From the NCBI RefSeq assembly GCF_000025945.1, contig NC_006138.1, forward strand, positions 2,280,001 to 2,312,000: a stretch of 32,000 nt of DNA. Direction: 5' to 3'. Shown piece by piece: positions 20,058-28,359 of this stretch. The notes under the pieces were generated by a model. It was not told where the DNA came from. It worked only from the letters and a program-made list of their open reading frames with translations, and searched no databases. The translations under genes and the position numbers were made by a program. Each line of letters starts with the position of its first letter. Positions within the stretch are counted from its first letter, which is position 1. This stretch comes from Desulfotalea psychrophila LSv54 (GTDB taxonomy: Bacteria; Desulfobacterota; Desulfobulbia; Desulfobulbales; Desulfocapsaceae).

Positions 20058-20879
20058 ATGTACATAATTGAATTACTATTAAGTCTTTTGTTAGCAACCT
20101 TATTGCTCTTTATTGTCGGTAACCAAACAGTTCTCTCCTGTTTGGATAAAGTTAATAATTTTGTAGTGTTCATTGGTGAATGCAACATTACGTTGTTTTT
20201 AAAAAGCTTTAAACACAACATTCACAATTTCTATAATAAACTAGAAATAATATCATTTTTTGAAAGTATTAAGCCCATTGTTGATGTCTTTGCAGGACTT
20301 GCTGCAATTCTCGGTATTTTAATTCCTCTTATCGCCTTTCTGCGCAGTGAACGAGACGCTATTAAAATTAAGTTAGTAAAAGTAACTGAGAATTTTTCCT
20401 CCCAAAAATGTTCTTTTTCATTTACCTTTGCCAACTGTAAAAATTATCCTGTTACGCTTCACGAAATAAATATTTACAATAAAAGATTTTATCTAGTAAC
20501 AGAAAGTACCGCTCACTCTGTTAATTTAAGTGGGCCTGGCTTTTCTATAAGTGACAGGGTTTACACAAACAAGCTTGGAAACGAAATTCCTGCATCTGGT
20601 AATTTTTCAATTATTCTAAGTAACGGTAACATTTTTGAGCATGATGATTTATATGTTCACTTGCATACTTCAGATGGCTTTCAAACTATTAAGTGTAAAA
20701 ATATTGAGTATTTAAACACTGGCGAACTAGAAACTTTCCACAACATGTATGATATTGATGATGGGCTTAAAGCAAGGTTAATTTATTTTGGATTACAGGT
20801 CCCATGTAATTACATAAATACAAAGGCTAGAGTAGCTGCAAAGAAATATTCTTTTGGCAAAAATGAAACTAATGAGTAG
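20058..20879 (+). CDS. Membrane protein with two predicted N-terminal TM segments and a soluble, probably beta-rich domain
   Basis: 273 aa; hydrophobic segments ELLLSLLLATLLLFIVG and VFAGLAAILGILIPLIAFL, then an extended polar domain (CSFSFTFANCKNYPVTLHEINIYNKRFYLV...). Confidence 0.6.
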   Translation: MYIIELLLSLLLATLLLFIVGNQTVLSCLDKVNNFVVFIGECNITLFLKSFKHNIHNFYNKLEIISFFESIKPIVDVFAGLAAILGILIPLIAFLRSERDAIKIKLVKVTENFSSQKCSFSFTFANCKNYPVTLHEINIYNKRFYLVTESTAHSVNLSGPGFSISDRVYTNKLGNEIPASGNFSIILSNGNIFEHDDLYVHLHTSDGFQTIKCKNIEYLNTGELETFHNMYDIDDGLKARLIYFGLQVPCNYINTKARVAAKKYSFGKNETNE

Positions 20880-20888
20880 GCAATATAC

Positions 20889-21019
20889 ATCGAACAAGTC
20901 GCTCAAGAGGGGCGGCAAGAGGCTATGCTGTTTGCCAAACTCAAAGTTGAATCAAAACTTATAAATACTAAATCAGTTTCGGGGTAATTCACTTGCCGCC
21001 CTTTAGCTTAACGTTAGCT
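20889..21019 (+). other. Integron attC-like recombination site 5 (long form)
   Basis: ATCGAAC-aagtc-GCTcAAGaGGGCGGCAAG...CTTGCCGCCCTTTAGC-ttaac-GTTAGCT; long complementary stem with extrahelical bases, ~130 nt. Confidence 0.75.
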
Positions 21020-21129
21020 GTTAAAAGGTATAAATGCAGAAACATATTACAGGTATATGCATAACCACTATATGGTTTATTTTGGTAGGTATTACTGTAT
21101 TTTTAAATTGGGAATCAGCTACGAAATTA

Positions 21130-21340
21130 GGTCGTGATGCCAAAACGTTGAAGACATGGTAGCGTGTGATTTTTTTAAGGTTATGATATGGCTACAGTAA
21201 AAGTACCTTGTCGGTTTTGTGGTAGCACTGATGAGGTAAGGCGGCACGGCAAGGGCAGTAATGGAAATCAAAGATTTCGGTGTTCAGATTGCAAGCGAAC
21301 CTTCCAGCTAGCCTACGCCTATGAAACCGATTCGAAATGA
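21130..21340 (+). mobile_element. Truncated IS1-family element (left end plus insA 5' part)
   Basis: GGTCGTGATGCCAAAACGTTGAAG... resembles an IS1-family terminal repeat. The ORF at 21188..21340 begins 58 nt in: MATVKVPCRFCGSTDEVRRHGKGSNGNQRFRCSDCKRTFQLAYAYETDSK*, an InsA-like zinc-finger N-terminus that stops after 50 aa. No insB seen. Confidence 0.8.
21188..21340 (+). pseudogene. insA: Truncated IS1 InsA-like protein
   Basis: Manual translation (below the ORF-track size cutoff); C-x2-C...C-x2-C pattern and GNQRFRCSDCKRTFQLAYAYE. Confidence 0.78.
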
Positions 21341-21440
21341 AAGATACAGTCCTGGCAATGATGGCTGCTTCGTGATACTACAAGAGTTATTAAGGTTGGC
21401 TGAGTGGTGCACATGGGAGCCACGTTGGGGGATCATCAAC

Positions 21441-21770
21441 CTACTTTTGGTAAAGGCCATCTTTTTCGTACTGCTCTTGAGGTGAAGAGTCATCGCCAAC
21501 TCCCGTATACTCAATGAAATTTTTTGCCAACAAAAAAGAGATTATGGCCTGAGCCTCTTCACTATGTTTGGGATCGTTGTTACCCAATAGCGCCATGGTT
21601 TTGTCGGGGTCATAGGTGTGGTATCGTTTTTCCGGTAATGCTGAGTTATCTTCTGTGGGTTTCCATTTGGTTGCGAGGCTCACCTGCCAGAGATTTGATT
21701 GTGCATCTTTTTTTGTTATAAGAACGGCATTTTGATGGCTATGATTGATGATTCTGTATATTTTTTTCAT
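21441..21770 (-). CDS. Hypothetical protein
   Basis: 109-aa ORF, no recognised family. Confidence 0.4.
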   Translation of the reverse strand: MKKIYRIINHSHQNAVLITKKDAQSNLWQVSLATKWKPTEDNSALPEKRYHTYDPDKTMALLGNNDPKHSEEAQAIISFLLAKNFIEYTGVGDDSSPQEQYEKDGLYQK

Positions 21771-22245
21771 CCTTTATCCCTCTGGAATTTTATTATCACC
21801 TATTTAATAAAATAGGGAAAAAAGCAGAAGGTCAAGGTTGTTGAGGCTGTTTCTTTGTAAGAAAAATGGCTATATAGAGTCAATTATTTGTCTTGATTGA
21901 CATTAATTTTCGTTTGTGAGGATAAAAAGAAAGAGAGTTTTCCCCCTTAGAAAAAGGGGAGACATTGTCTTTGTTGATAGAGTAAATTTATCATCGGTCA
22001 TGAAAAATTAGGATTGATTAAAAATTTTCTATTTGCCAGCGTACTCACCTGAATTAAAATCAGATAAATACTTAAATCGTGACCTAAAAAATGGCATACG
22101 GAGTTCAATTCCGGCTAAGGAAGTATTTTAAACACCCAACTATTACTGTTGAACACAGGTTAGTAAATCAATGCCGACACAACCAACCACACTCTGCTTC
22201 TTCTACTCAACAAGCAGTGTATGCACTCCAGCAGTCCATTATTAC

Positions 22246-23238
22246 TCAATCTGCCATTGTATTTGAAATTTGTGAAAACTTTTTTTCAACCCTCATAAAG
22301 GCATCAATAATATCAGGAGCAAACTGTTTTCCCCTCTCCGCTTTTAATATTCGACAGGACTCTTCATGGGAAATAGCTTCCTTGTAACAGCGTTTACTCC
22401 GTAGCGCATCATAGACATCCGCAAGCGACATAATCCTTGCAGACAGGGGTATTTCTTCTCCCAGCAGGCCTTGAGGATAGCCTCCACCATCCCATCTTTC
22501 ATGATGGGACATTACAATCTCAATGGCTATTGTAAAAAAAGATTCAAATTCAAGCTTCTCTTCCGCTGCCCTAAGAATCTCGGCGCCAAGCTCGCAATGT
22601 TTCTTGATTATTTTAAATTCTTCGTCGGTGAGCTTCCCCGGTTTTCTTAAAATATGGTCAGGAATACCAACCTTGCCAATATCATGAACAGGAGCTACTG
22701 TAACAAGGTTTTCTATATAAGCATGTGTCAACTGTGAGTTATACCTGGGGGAGCGAGAAAGTTCTTCCGCCAATGCCTTAACGTACTGAGAAGTTCTTTC
22801 CAGATGTTTACCCGTCTCCTCGTCCCTCATTTCAGCCTCATATGCTAAAGCAAAAATGGTGACATTTTCAACCTGAGTGAGTTGAATGTTTTTACTAATA
22901 ATTTTTTCATGCCTCTTTTTAATGGAGACAAGCATATATGCCTGTAGTAATATTCCTATAAATACAAATATAGCGCCGAAAAAAAATACAACCGCAGTAA
23001 ATAAAATTCCAACCACATGTATATTAAAAACAAAACAAATCAAAACAGCCAGGTAACCGATAAAGAAAAAACACATTAAAGACAAATGTATTTTGTGTAG
23101 GCGATATATGGTTTTTTTTCTATCCTCTAACAGAGCCTCAATACCTTGAATTGTTAAAACATACTTAACAATACTCACTAACATCACCAGGGCACCCAAA
23201 GCAATAAGCACTAATGAGAGGATTATAATATTATTCAA
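22246..23238 (-). CDS. Membrane-anchored HD-GYP domain phosphodiesterase
   Basis: N-terminal TM helices; HDIGKVGIPDHILRKPGKLTDEEFKIIKKH and HHERWDGGGYPQGLLGEEIPLSARIMSLADVYDAL are classic HD-GYP motifs. Confidence 0.92.
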   Translation of the reverse strand: MNNIIILSLVLIALGALVMLVSIVKYVLTIQGIEALLEDRKKTIYRLHKIHLSLMCFFFIGYLAVLICFVFNIHVVGILFTAVVFFFGAIFVFIGILLQAYMLVSIKKRHEKIISKNIQLTQVENVTIFALAYEAEMRDEETGKHLERTSQYVKALAEELSRSPRYNSQLTHAYIENLVTVAPVHDIGKVGIPDHILRKPGKLTDEEFKIIKKHCELGAEILRAAEEKLEFESFFTIAIEIVMSHHERWDGGGYPQGLLGEEIPLSARIMSLADVYDALRSKRCYKEAISHEESCRILKAERGKQFAPDIIDAFMRVEKKFSQISNTMAD

Positions 23239-23390
23239 GCTGACTCCTTATTCCAATAAGTTGAGTAAAGATTGCACCTACTTCAAAGGATAAAAATAGT
23301 GTCCATAAAAGTTCAGCCAGATAATAGACTCTACACTATCCCTCTCATTAACAAATCACACCATGAATTTTGAAAAATAGCAATTTTTAT

Positions 23391-23642
23391 CTACGATCCA
23401 CAACCAGCAACAATCTGTTTTCGTTGCCAATCCTCAATAAGCAGGGTGTTGGACTCCCACCGGCCACGCACCTTCACCGCCGGGAAACCACGGCTTGCTA
23501 TGGCCTGCCGAATAGTCTCTTTGTTTCTGCCCGCATGGCTGCTGATCTCATCCATGCCCACCAGTATTGTGCCTCTCTTTTTCATCCTGCCACCCTGTGA
23601 TATCATCCTGGTGTATCTGCTTTCCGCATCGCCCCGAAACAA
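23391..23642 (-). CDS. Small helix-turn-helix DNA-binding protein
   Basis: MDEISSHAGRNKETIRQAIASRGFPAVKVRGRWESNTLLIEDWQRKQI; actual start probably internal (MKKRG...). Confidence 0.5.
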   Translation of the reverse strand: MFRGDAESRYTRMISQGGRMKKRGTILVGMDEISSHAGRNKETIRQAIASRGFPAVKVRGRWESNTLLIEDWQRKQIVAGCGS

Positions 23643-23658
23643 ACCACCCAGAAATAAA

Positions 23659-24072
23659 CTATAGCCCCAAGCGCAACGCCTCCTTCTCCTGCCGTATCAG
23701 GCAGGCCCGATTGAAGGCATTTTTCTTCCCATGCTTTTTAATCGAAACGGAGGTTTTGCCCCGCTTTCCCTCGGGCGTCACCCAGGTGGCCTCATAACGT
23801 TCCCGTTTTTCATTGAGCAGCACCCCTATAACACCGGTTCCTCCACGGCTTTTGCTGAACATCATCTGGTCCGTTCTGGGTTTGCCAATTTCTTTTTCCT
23901 TCTGGTTACGCCATGCCGTCGCAGCCTGAAGTGCTGATTCATTCCCTCCATTTTTTTTATCTGAAAAAAACTTGCTATGCATACGCCCCTGAAATGTGAT
24001 TCTTACATACCAGCCGTATGTATTCTTTGATTCCTGAGCCACTCTGCTGATGCCCTTAATCTTCATGCTCAT
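23659..24072 (-). CDS. AP2-domain-like protein
   Basis: KGISRVAQESKNTYGWYVRITFQGRMHSKFFSDKKNGGNESALQAATAWRNQKE and TGVIGVLLNE repeat pattern typical of bacterial/phage AP2-domain proteins. Confidence 0.65.
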   Translation of the reverse strand: MSMKIKGISRVAQESKNTYGWYVRITFQGRMHSKFFSDKKNGGNESALQAATAWRNQKEKEIGKPRTDQMMFSKSRGGTGVIGVLLNEKRERYEATWVTPEGKRGKTSVSIKKHGKKNAFNRACLIRQEKEALRLGL

Positions 24073-24259
24073 CGCCCTCTTCTTCAGGATAAAGTCGTTG
24101 ATTATATGTCAGTTCCCTTTGCCGATGCCCAACTATTTACATGATTCATTAATATTGTTTAACAGAAATAAAATGCTAGAACTATAACTTTTTTTATCCT
24201 ATCTGGAGAAAAGGCTAGGGCGAGAGAGCCAGTCAGCCCGTGACTCTCAGCCCCAATTC

Positions 24260-24781
24260 TCAACCATTTCCTGGTAAAATATCTTTAAATGAAGAACCCT
24301 GGATCCTCTCGGTATTTTCACGGTAAAGCTTCCGTAATTTGTTCTTTTCTACTTCAAAATTGGCCATATCTCCTCGCGCGATAGAGCTGGCTATCCGGGC
24401 CATATATTCTGCCGATTGTTGAGAGCTCAGCACTCCTGCAAGTTGCATGGAGATCACCGCTGAATTCACCGCTCCCAGCTGCTCATCCATCTCCCGTGTC
24501 GGACCCTTTTTTATTACCACGGGAATATCGCGACCAAGTCCTTCCTCAAGTAACAAATGTAATTTGCTCTTTTGCACTTTCGACCAGACAATCTCTCCCG
24601 AGGCGTCAATTCTGCCCACGGAAAAACCGTTTTCCTGAAGCTCTGTCAGAAGTTTTGCAAACCAGACAGTCCCTCCCTTTCCCAGTTCCTTATCTACGGA
24701 TCGTCCATTCTGAGCAGCTCGATAGGCGCAGATAAAATTTTTGATATTCTCTCGGCCGATAATAGCTAAGGGGCCATTCAT
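24260..24781 (-). CDS. Hypothetical phage early-region protein
   Basis: 173-aa ORF whose start abuts the stop of the next gene (24781). Confidence 0.55.
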   Translation of the reverse strand: MNGPLAIIGRENIKNFICAYRAAQNGRSVDKELGKGGTVWFAKLLTELQENGFSVGRIDASGEIVWSKVQKSKLHLLLEEGLGRDIPVVIKKGPTREMDEQLGAVNSAVISMQLAGVLSSQQSAEYMARIASSIARGDMANFEVEKNKLRKLYRENTERIQGSSFKDILPGNG

Positions 24782-25710
24782 CAGCTCACCTCACAGTCAA
24801 CTCCTGAACTGGCGGGGACAAAAACTTTTCCGGGAGCGTCCCGTGATCTGACTGCCTGCAAATAACTTTCAAACTTGGTGCCAAAGAGAGTGAGGGGCCT
24901 CAGATACTCGCACATTTTCTCATCACTCCCCCACTCCTCAGTCTTGTTATCGATCACCTGCTTAAAATCATCGAAGCGAAAGCCTTCCTGCCAGCGAGCC
25001 CGTATTACCGAGGTGGTTGCCTTGGTGGAGTTCTTGAAATCCTTATCAGTAGCAGCGTTGAGGTAGGAAATAATCTTCGTAAAAGGAATTCTCTCGGACG
25101 CAGACGATACAACCACCGCTGTCACGACAATATTTTTTTCCTGTTCTTGTTCCTGCTCCTGTTCCTGCTCCTGTATTGGCAAGGGTTTACCCAATGGTTC
25201 CCCAAAGGTTTGGGGGATGGTTTCCGCAGGGTCAGTATCAACCATCTCCAGACCTTCTGCCCAACCATCCTGAAACCTCTCCTGTAATTCTTTGCAACCC
25301 GCAACAAAGGTCTCTTGAACCTTCCCCGACAGATACCGTAGATTATTTAAGAACCTACCCAACAGATCCGTCAGGGGTACATCGTGAAGATCCGACAGAT
25401 TGCCCTTGAGCACATTCTCATTTTCCGGATGGTTGTACTTCCACCAGGTGGGGAGATAGAGAACTCTGGCGCCTCTGTCGTACTCCCAGGCAAACCTCTC
25501 CAGCACAACGAGGAAACCTCGCTGAAACCTCTGCTGCTTCATACCAAGATCTTCGGCGGCAAGGGCTACGGAGAATCTAAAGATTCCCACTCTGTTAACC
25601 TGCGCCGAGGTGAAACAGTAAAGAGCGATCAGCTTTTCCTCTGGTTTGAGCTGGTAAAAGACCTCGTCGTCCCACACCCTGGGGTCGACCTTTCTATATT
25701 TAACAGCCAT
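24781..25710 (-). CDS. Phage replication protein-like (O/DnaD-type N-terminus)
   Basis: KYRKVDPRVWDDEVFYQLKPEEKLIALYCFTSAQVNRVGIFRFS...YLPTWWKYNHPENENVLKGNLSDL is typical of phage initiator-like proteins; contains a (QE)n tract. Confidence 0.65.
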   Translation of the reverse strand: MAVKYRKVDPRVWDDEVFYQLKPEEKLIALYCFTSAQVNRVGIFRFSVALAAEDLGMKQQRFQRGFLVVLERFAWEYDRGARVLYLPTWWKYNHPENENVLKGNLSDLHDVPLTDLLGRFLNNLRYLSGKVQETFVAGCKELQERFQDGWAEGLEMVDTDPAETIPQTFGEPLGKPLPIQEQEQEQEQEQEKNIVVTAVVVSSASERIPFTKIISYLNAATDKDFKNSTKATTSVIRARWQEGFRFDDFKQVIDNKTEEWGSDEKMCEYLRPLTLFGTKFESYLQAVRSRDAPGKVFVPASSGVDCEVS

Positions 25711-25762
25711 GGCATACCTTCATGTCTATAAGAGGGGACACATTCTGCTGCCGGCCCTGTCT

Positions 25763-26470
25763 TTACAGGCTATGCAGAATCGCAATATCAGCACAGATTA
25801 TTGATGTGCGAAAAAAATCGGCTATCTTCTCGATCGCCTCAATCTTCCAGGCACCACCATCGGCCTCAAACAATGCACAACTATGATCTTTGGTGAGACG
25901 CAGAACAAAGTTACTGCAGGGCTGTTCTAATTCTGGAAAGGTTCTATAGGGAGCAATGGAGACAGGGTTGGGCAAAGCTACTTTTTCCACATTGGCCAGG
26001 CCGGTTTTTACCTCGGCAATCTGAGTCACTCCATCGTCATAGAGCCCTACATCGGATCTGGTGACCATATTTCCCACCATCTTTAAGATGGCGCCGATCA
26101 CTTCGTCCTGGACAAACTGTGCCTGCAGGGAAACGATAAACTCTTCCACATCATAGTACCGGCCAAAAACAAAAGGATCATAGGCACAGCTGGACTCCAA
26201 AAAAGTCTCCCGGTCTCGGTGATCAGGATCCAGCCCACTCAAAAGAACCACCTTGCTCGGCGAGAGCACGTTCACCACAAAAGCCACTCCTTCCTCGGTA
26301 AGGTTGTTTGCATAGTCGGCTATGGCCTGCAAACTGTGCACTTCGAGTCCCATTGCCAGTGGTCTTGCCAGTCTATGCAGGCGTTTATTACTAAGGACCA
26401 CCCCACTTTCTTCACGAAAATTGGGTTTGCTCATCTCTTCAATTTTTTCTATAAACGTTCTATCAATCAT
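25763..26470 (-). CDS. Phage early-region protein of unknown function
   Basis: Track ORF starts at 26692, but an internal ATG at 26470 (MIDRTFIEKIEEM...) avoids overlap with the upstream gene. Confidence 0.55.
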   Translation of the reverse strand: MIDRTFIEKIEEMSKPNFREESGVVLSNKRLHRLARPLAMGLEVHSLQAIADYANNLTEEGVAFVVNVLSPSKVVLLSGLDPDHRDRETFLESSCAYDPFVFGRYYDVEEFIVSLQAQFVQDEVIGAILKMVGNMVTRSDVGLYDDGVTQIAEVKTGLANVEKVALPNPVSIAPYRTFPELEQPCSNFVLRLTKDHSCALFEADGGAWKIEAIEKIADFFRTSIICADIAILHSL

Positions 26471-26504
26471 CTCGAGTTCCTCGGTTATGGTAAATTTGTT
26501 GAGA

Positions 26505-26882
26505 TTAAGCCTTGGCCTGCTTTTTGAAATCCTCAAAGCTCCTGATTTTGTCGCCCGGGGAGCTACTCCCCGCCTCACTAAAGAGATTTGGCTGTTCCAT
26601 AACCTTCTCTCTTGCTGCAACCTCGCCCGAGGCCAGGTCAACACCAGAATAAAAAAGTGAGGCAAGAGGTTTTGCCGGAACGAGCTTTTCACTGCAGGAG
26701 GTAACCATCTCAGCTATCTCGCGGTCCTCTTTATTGGGTTTGACGACGATCTTTATATTGATCTCTCGCTTGGCACCGGCATCGGTATTGACATCATGAA
26801 TATTTTTTATCAACCGCGCTAAAGAACGTTGAAACTTTGCCTCTAAACTTCCCTTGCCAATTTCACTGAGTTTTATGTCCAT
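26505..26882 (-). CDS. Phage 'replication terminator'-like family protein
   Basis: LARLIKNIHDVNTDAGAKREINIKIVVKPNKEDREIAEMVTSCSEKLVPAKPL matches the pattern of this small phage protein family. Confidence 0.55.
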   Translation of the reverse strand: MDIKLSEIGKGSLEAKFQRSLARLIKNIHDVNTDAGAKREINIKIVVKPNKEDREIAEMVTSCSEKLVPAKPLASLFYSGVDLASGEVAAREKVMEQPNLFSEAGSSSPGDKIRSFEDFKKQAKA

Positions 26883-27069
26883 CTTTTTTCTCCTCGAAAT
26901 ATAAACTTACCAATTTTCCACTCCAGTGAGGGCAGCCCCGACAGCGAACGTCTTGGCAGTAGGCACAAAAACTCCGACCGCCATACTTTTTGTCCCTGTC
27001 GAACCAAGGCGTTCCCTTGGTGTCACTTGGGTAGGCGCTGCACCCTTGCTTTCTTTTCAATGAACCCAT
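26863..27069 (-). CDS. Small Cys-rich protein
   Basis: 68 aa with SFCAYCQDVRCRGCPHW. Confidence 0.4.
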   Translation of the reverse strand: MGSLKRKQGCSAYPSDTKGTPWFDRDKKYGGRSFCAYCQDVRCRGCPHWSGKLVSLYFEEKKDGHKTQ

Positions 27070-27730
27070 GGATTAAAGGTCATTGGGGCTAAAGAGGAGC
27101 GATTAATAGAAACAGCAAAACAATTTGTTTTGATGGTAGAAAAAAGAGGCTGGCGCCAGCAAGATGAGGCGACGCCTGCGCTTGGGATTTTTGTGAGTCT
27201 AATATCTGTTCGGGGAGAGGTGCGGGATGGAGCCCTTCACCTAAAGGAAGAAGGATTATGGCGGAACGATAGCCCTCTGGGAATTCATCGGATGAGATCC
27301 TTCTACTATCATATCTAGGCAGGACAGCAGGGTCATCCCCTTGCGGAGTGATAGATGTGGGAGACGTACACCTCTTGACTAAATCGATCGTTTTCATTAT
27401 ATTCCTATATGTTCAGTTATGGTGTTTTTCTTTTCGCACTGTAATTTTCCCTTGTTGATGTTTGCGCATCGACAGGGGATTTTTTTTGCCTACCAGCATC
27501 CTGGCTCCGGCAACTCGGCGGACAAGCTTGCGCAGAAGCCAGCAATGATGCCTTCCGGCTCTTTGCCGCCACCAACGCATGCAACTCTCATAAATGTTTT
27601 CCTCCTCTGGTTTTCTTGAAAAAGTGACCAGAAAATCTGCCAATCCATAGAATAAAAATAGTGCCAACATGGCACAACAAACTAAATACAGGTCAACAAC
27701 CATGCTCCCCGTAGACACCTTTGCTCCATT

Positions 27731-27958
27731 TTAAAAAATGTTTGATTGTGTAAATTGGATAATGGCTGTTTTCTCGTAACGAACAGCACCACCAACTTTT
27801 ATATAGCTGGGACCATGCCCCAGGCTACGCCAATTACGAAGCGTTCCGGCAGAAATTTTTAGAATATTACTCACCTCATCAATGGTGAGCAGTTCCTGTA
27901 TAGGAGCCACCCTTGACAGCTCCTCTCTGATTATCTCTCGCAGCACATCTTCCTTCAT
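27731..27958 (-). CDS. Excisionase/MerR-type HTH (HTH_17-like) protein
   Basis: LLTIDEVSNILKISAGTLRNWRSLGHGPSYIKVGGAVRYEKTAIIQF. Confidence 0.75.
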   Translation of the reverse strand: MKEDVLREIIREELSRVAPIQELLTIDEVSNILKISAGTLRNWRSLGHGPSYIKVGGAVRYEKTAIIQFTQSNIF

Positions 27959-28235
27959 TTGCCTGGCCTCCCCTCTCCTCCTTCTCGGTGCTTATATTCA
28001 ACCTGTCATCTTCGCCCAAACTTTTTTGTTTTTGCTCCAGATAGGACTCAACAAGTCTCTTATAGATTGTCCCTCCCTCGGCGAGCATCAAAAGTTCAAA
28101 AGGTACTTTTGTCAGCTCAGCGAGAGAGTTAGCCTTTGCCCTGGAGAATTTTTTCTTGCCCATTTTTATTTCATGAATAAAAACCTCGGAAATCCCCAGA
28201 TAATTCGCTATTTGCCTCTGTTTGACCGTTTTCAT
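27879..28235 (-). CDS. Cro-like HTH regulator
   Basis: Start trimmed to MKTVKQRQIANYLGISEVFIHEIKMGKKKFSRAKANSLAELTKVPFELLML; divergent from the S24-type repressor. Confidence 0.6.
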   Translation of the reverse strand: MKTVKQRQIANYLGISEVFIHEIKMGKKKFSRAKANSLAELTKVPFELLMLAEGGTIYKRLVESYLEQKQKSLGEDDRLNISTEKEERGGQANEGRCAARDNQRGAVKGGSYTGTAHH

Positions 28236-28359
28236 GCTAAGAGCATACGTTTTTAGCTGATGGCATGTCAATGTCGTTTTGAAAAAAAGGCCAAGTCTTT
28301 AATATTTCCTTGTTTTTTTAGCTATTGGCTAATATTATAAAACAAAGGAGTACATAATT

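Noticed and set aside
16043-21019. CRISPR array explanation for the spaced structured elements
   Set aside because: There is no constant direct repeat or regular spacer; elements differ in sequence and are separated by whole genes.
27089-27675. Minus-strand ORFs 27089..27397, 27413..27718 and 27490..27675 as genes
   Set aside because: Overlapping or low-information ORFs without recognisable motifs; possibly small early genes, but not supportable from sequence alone.
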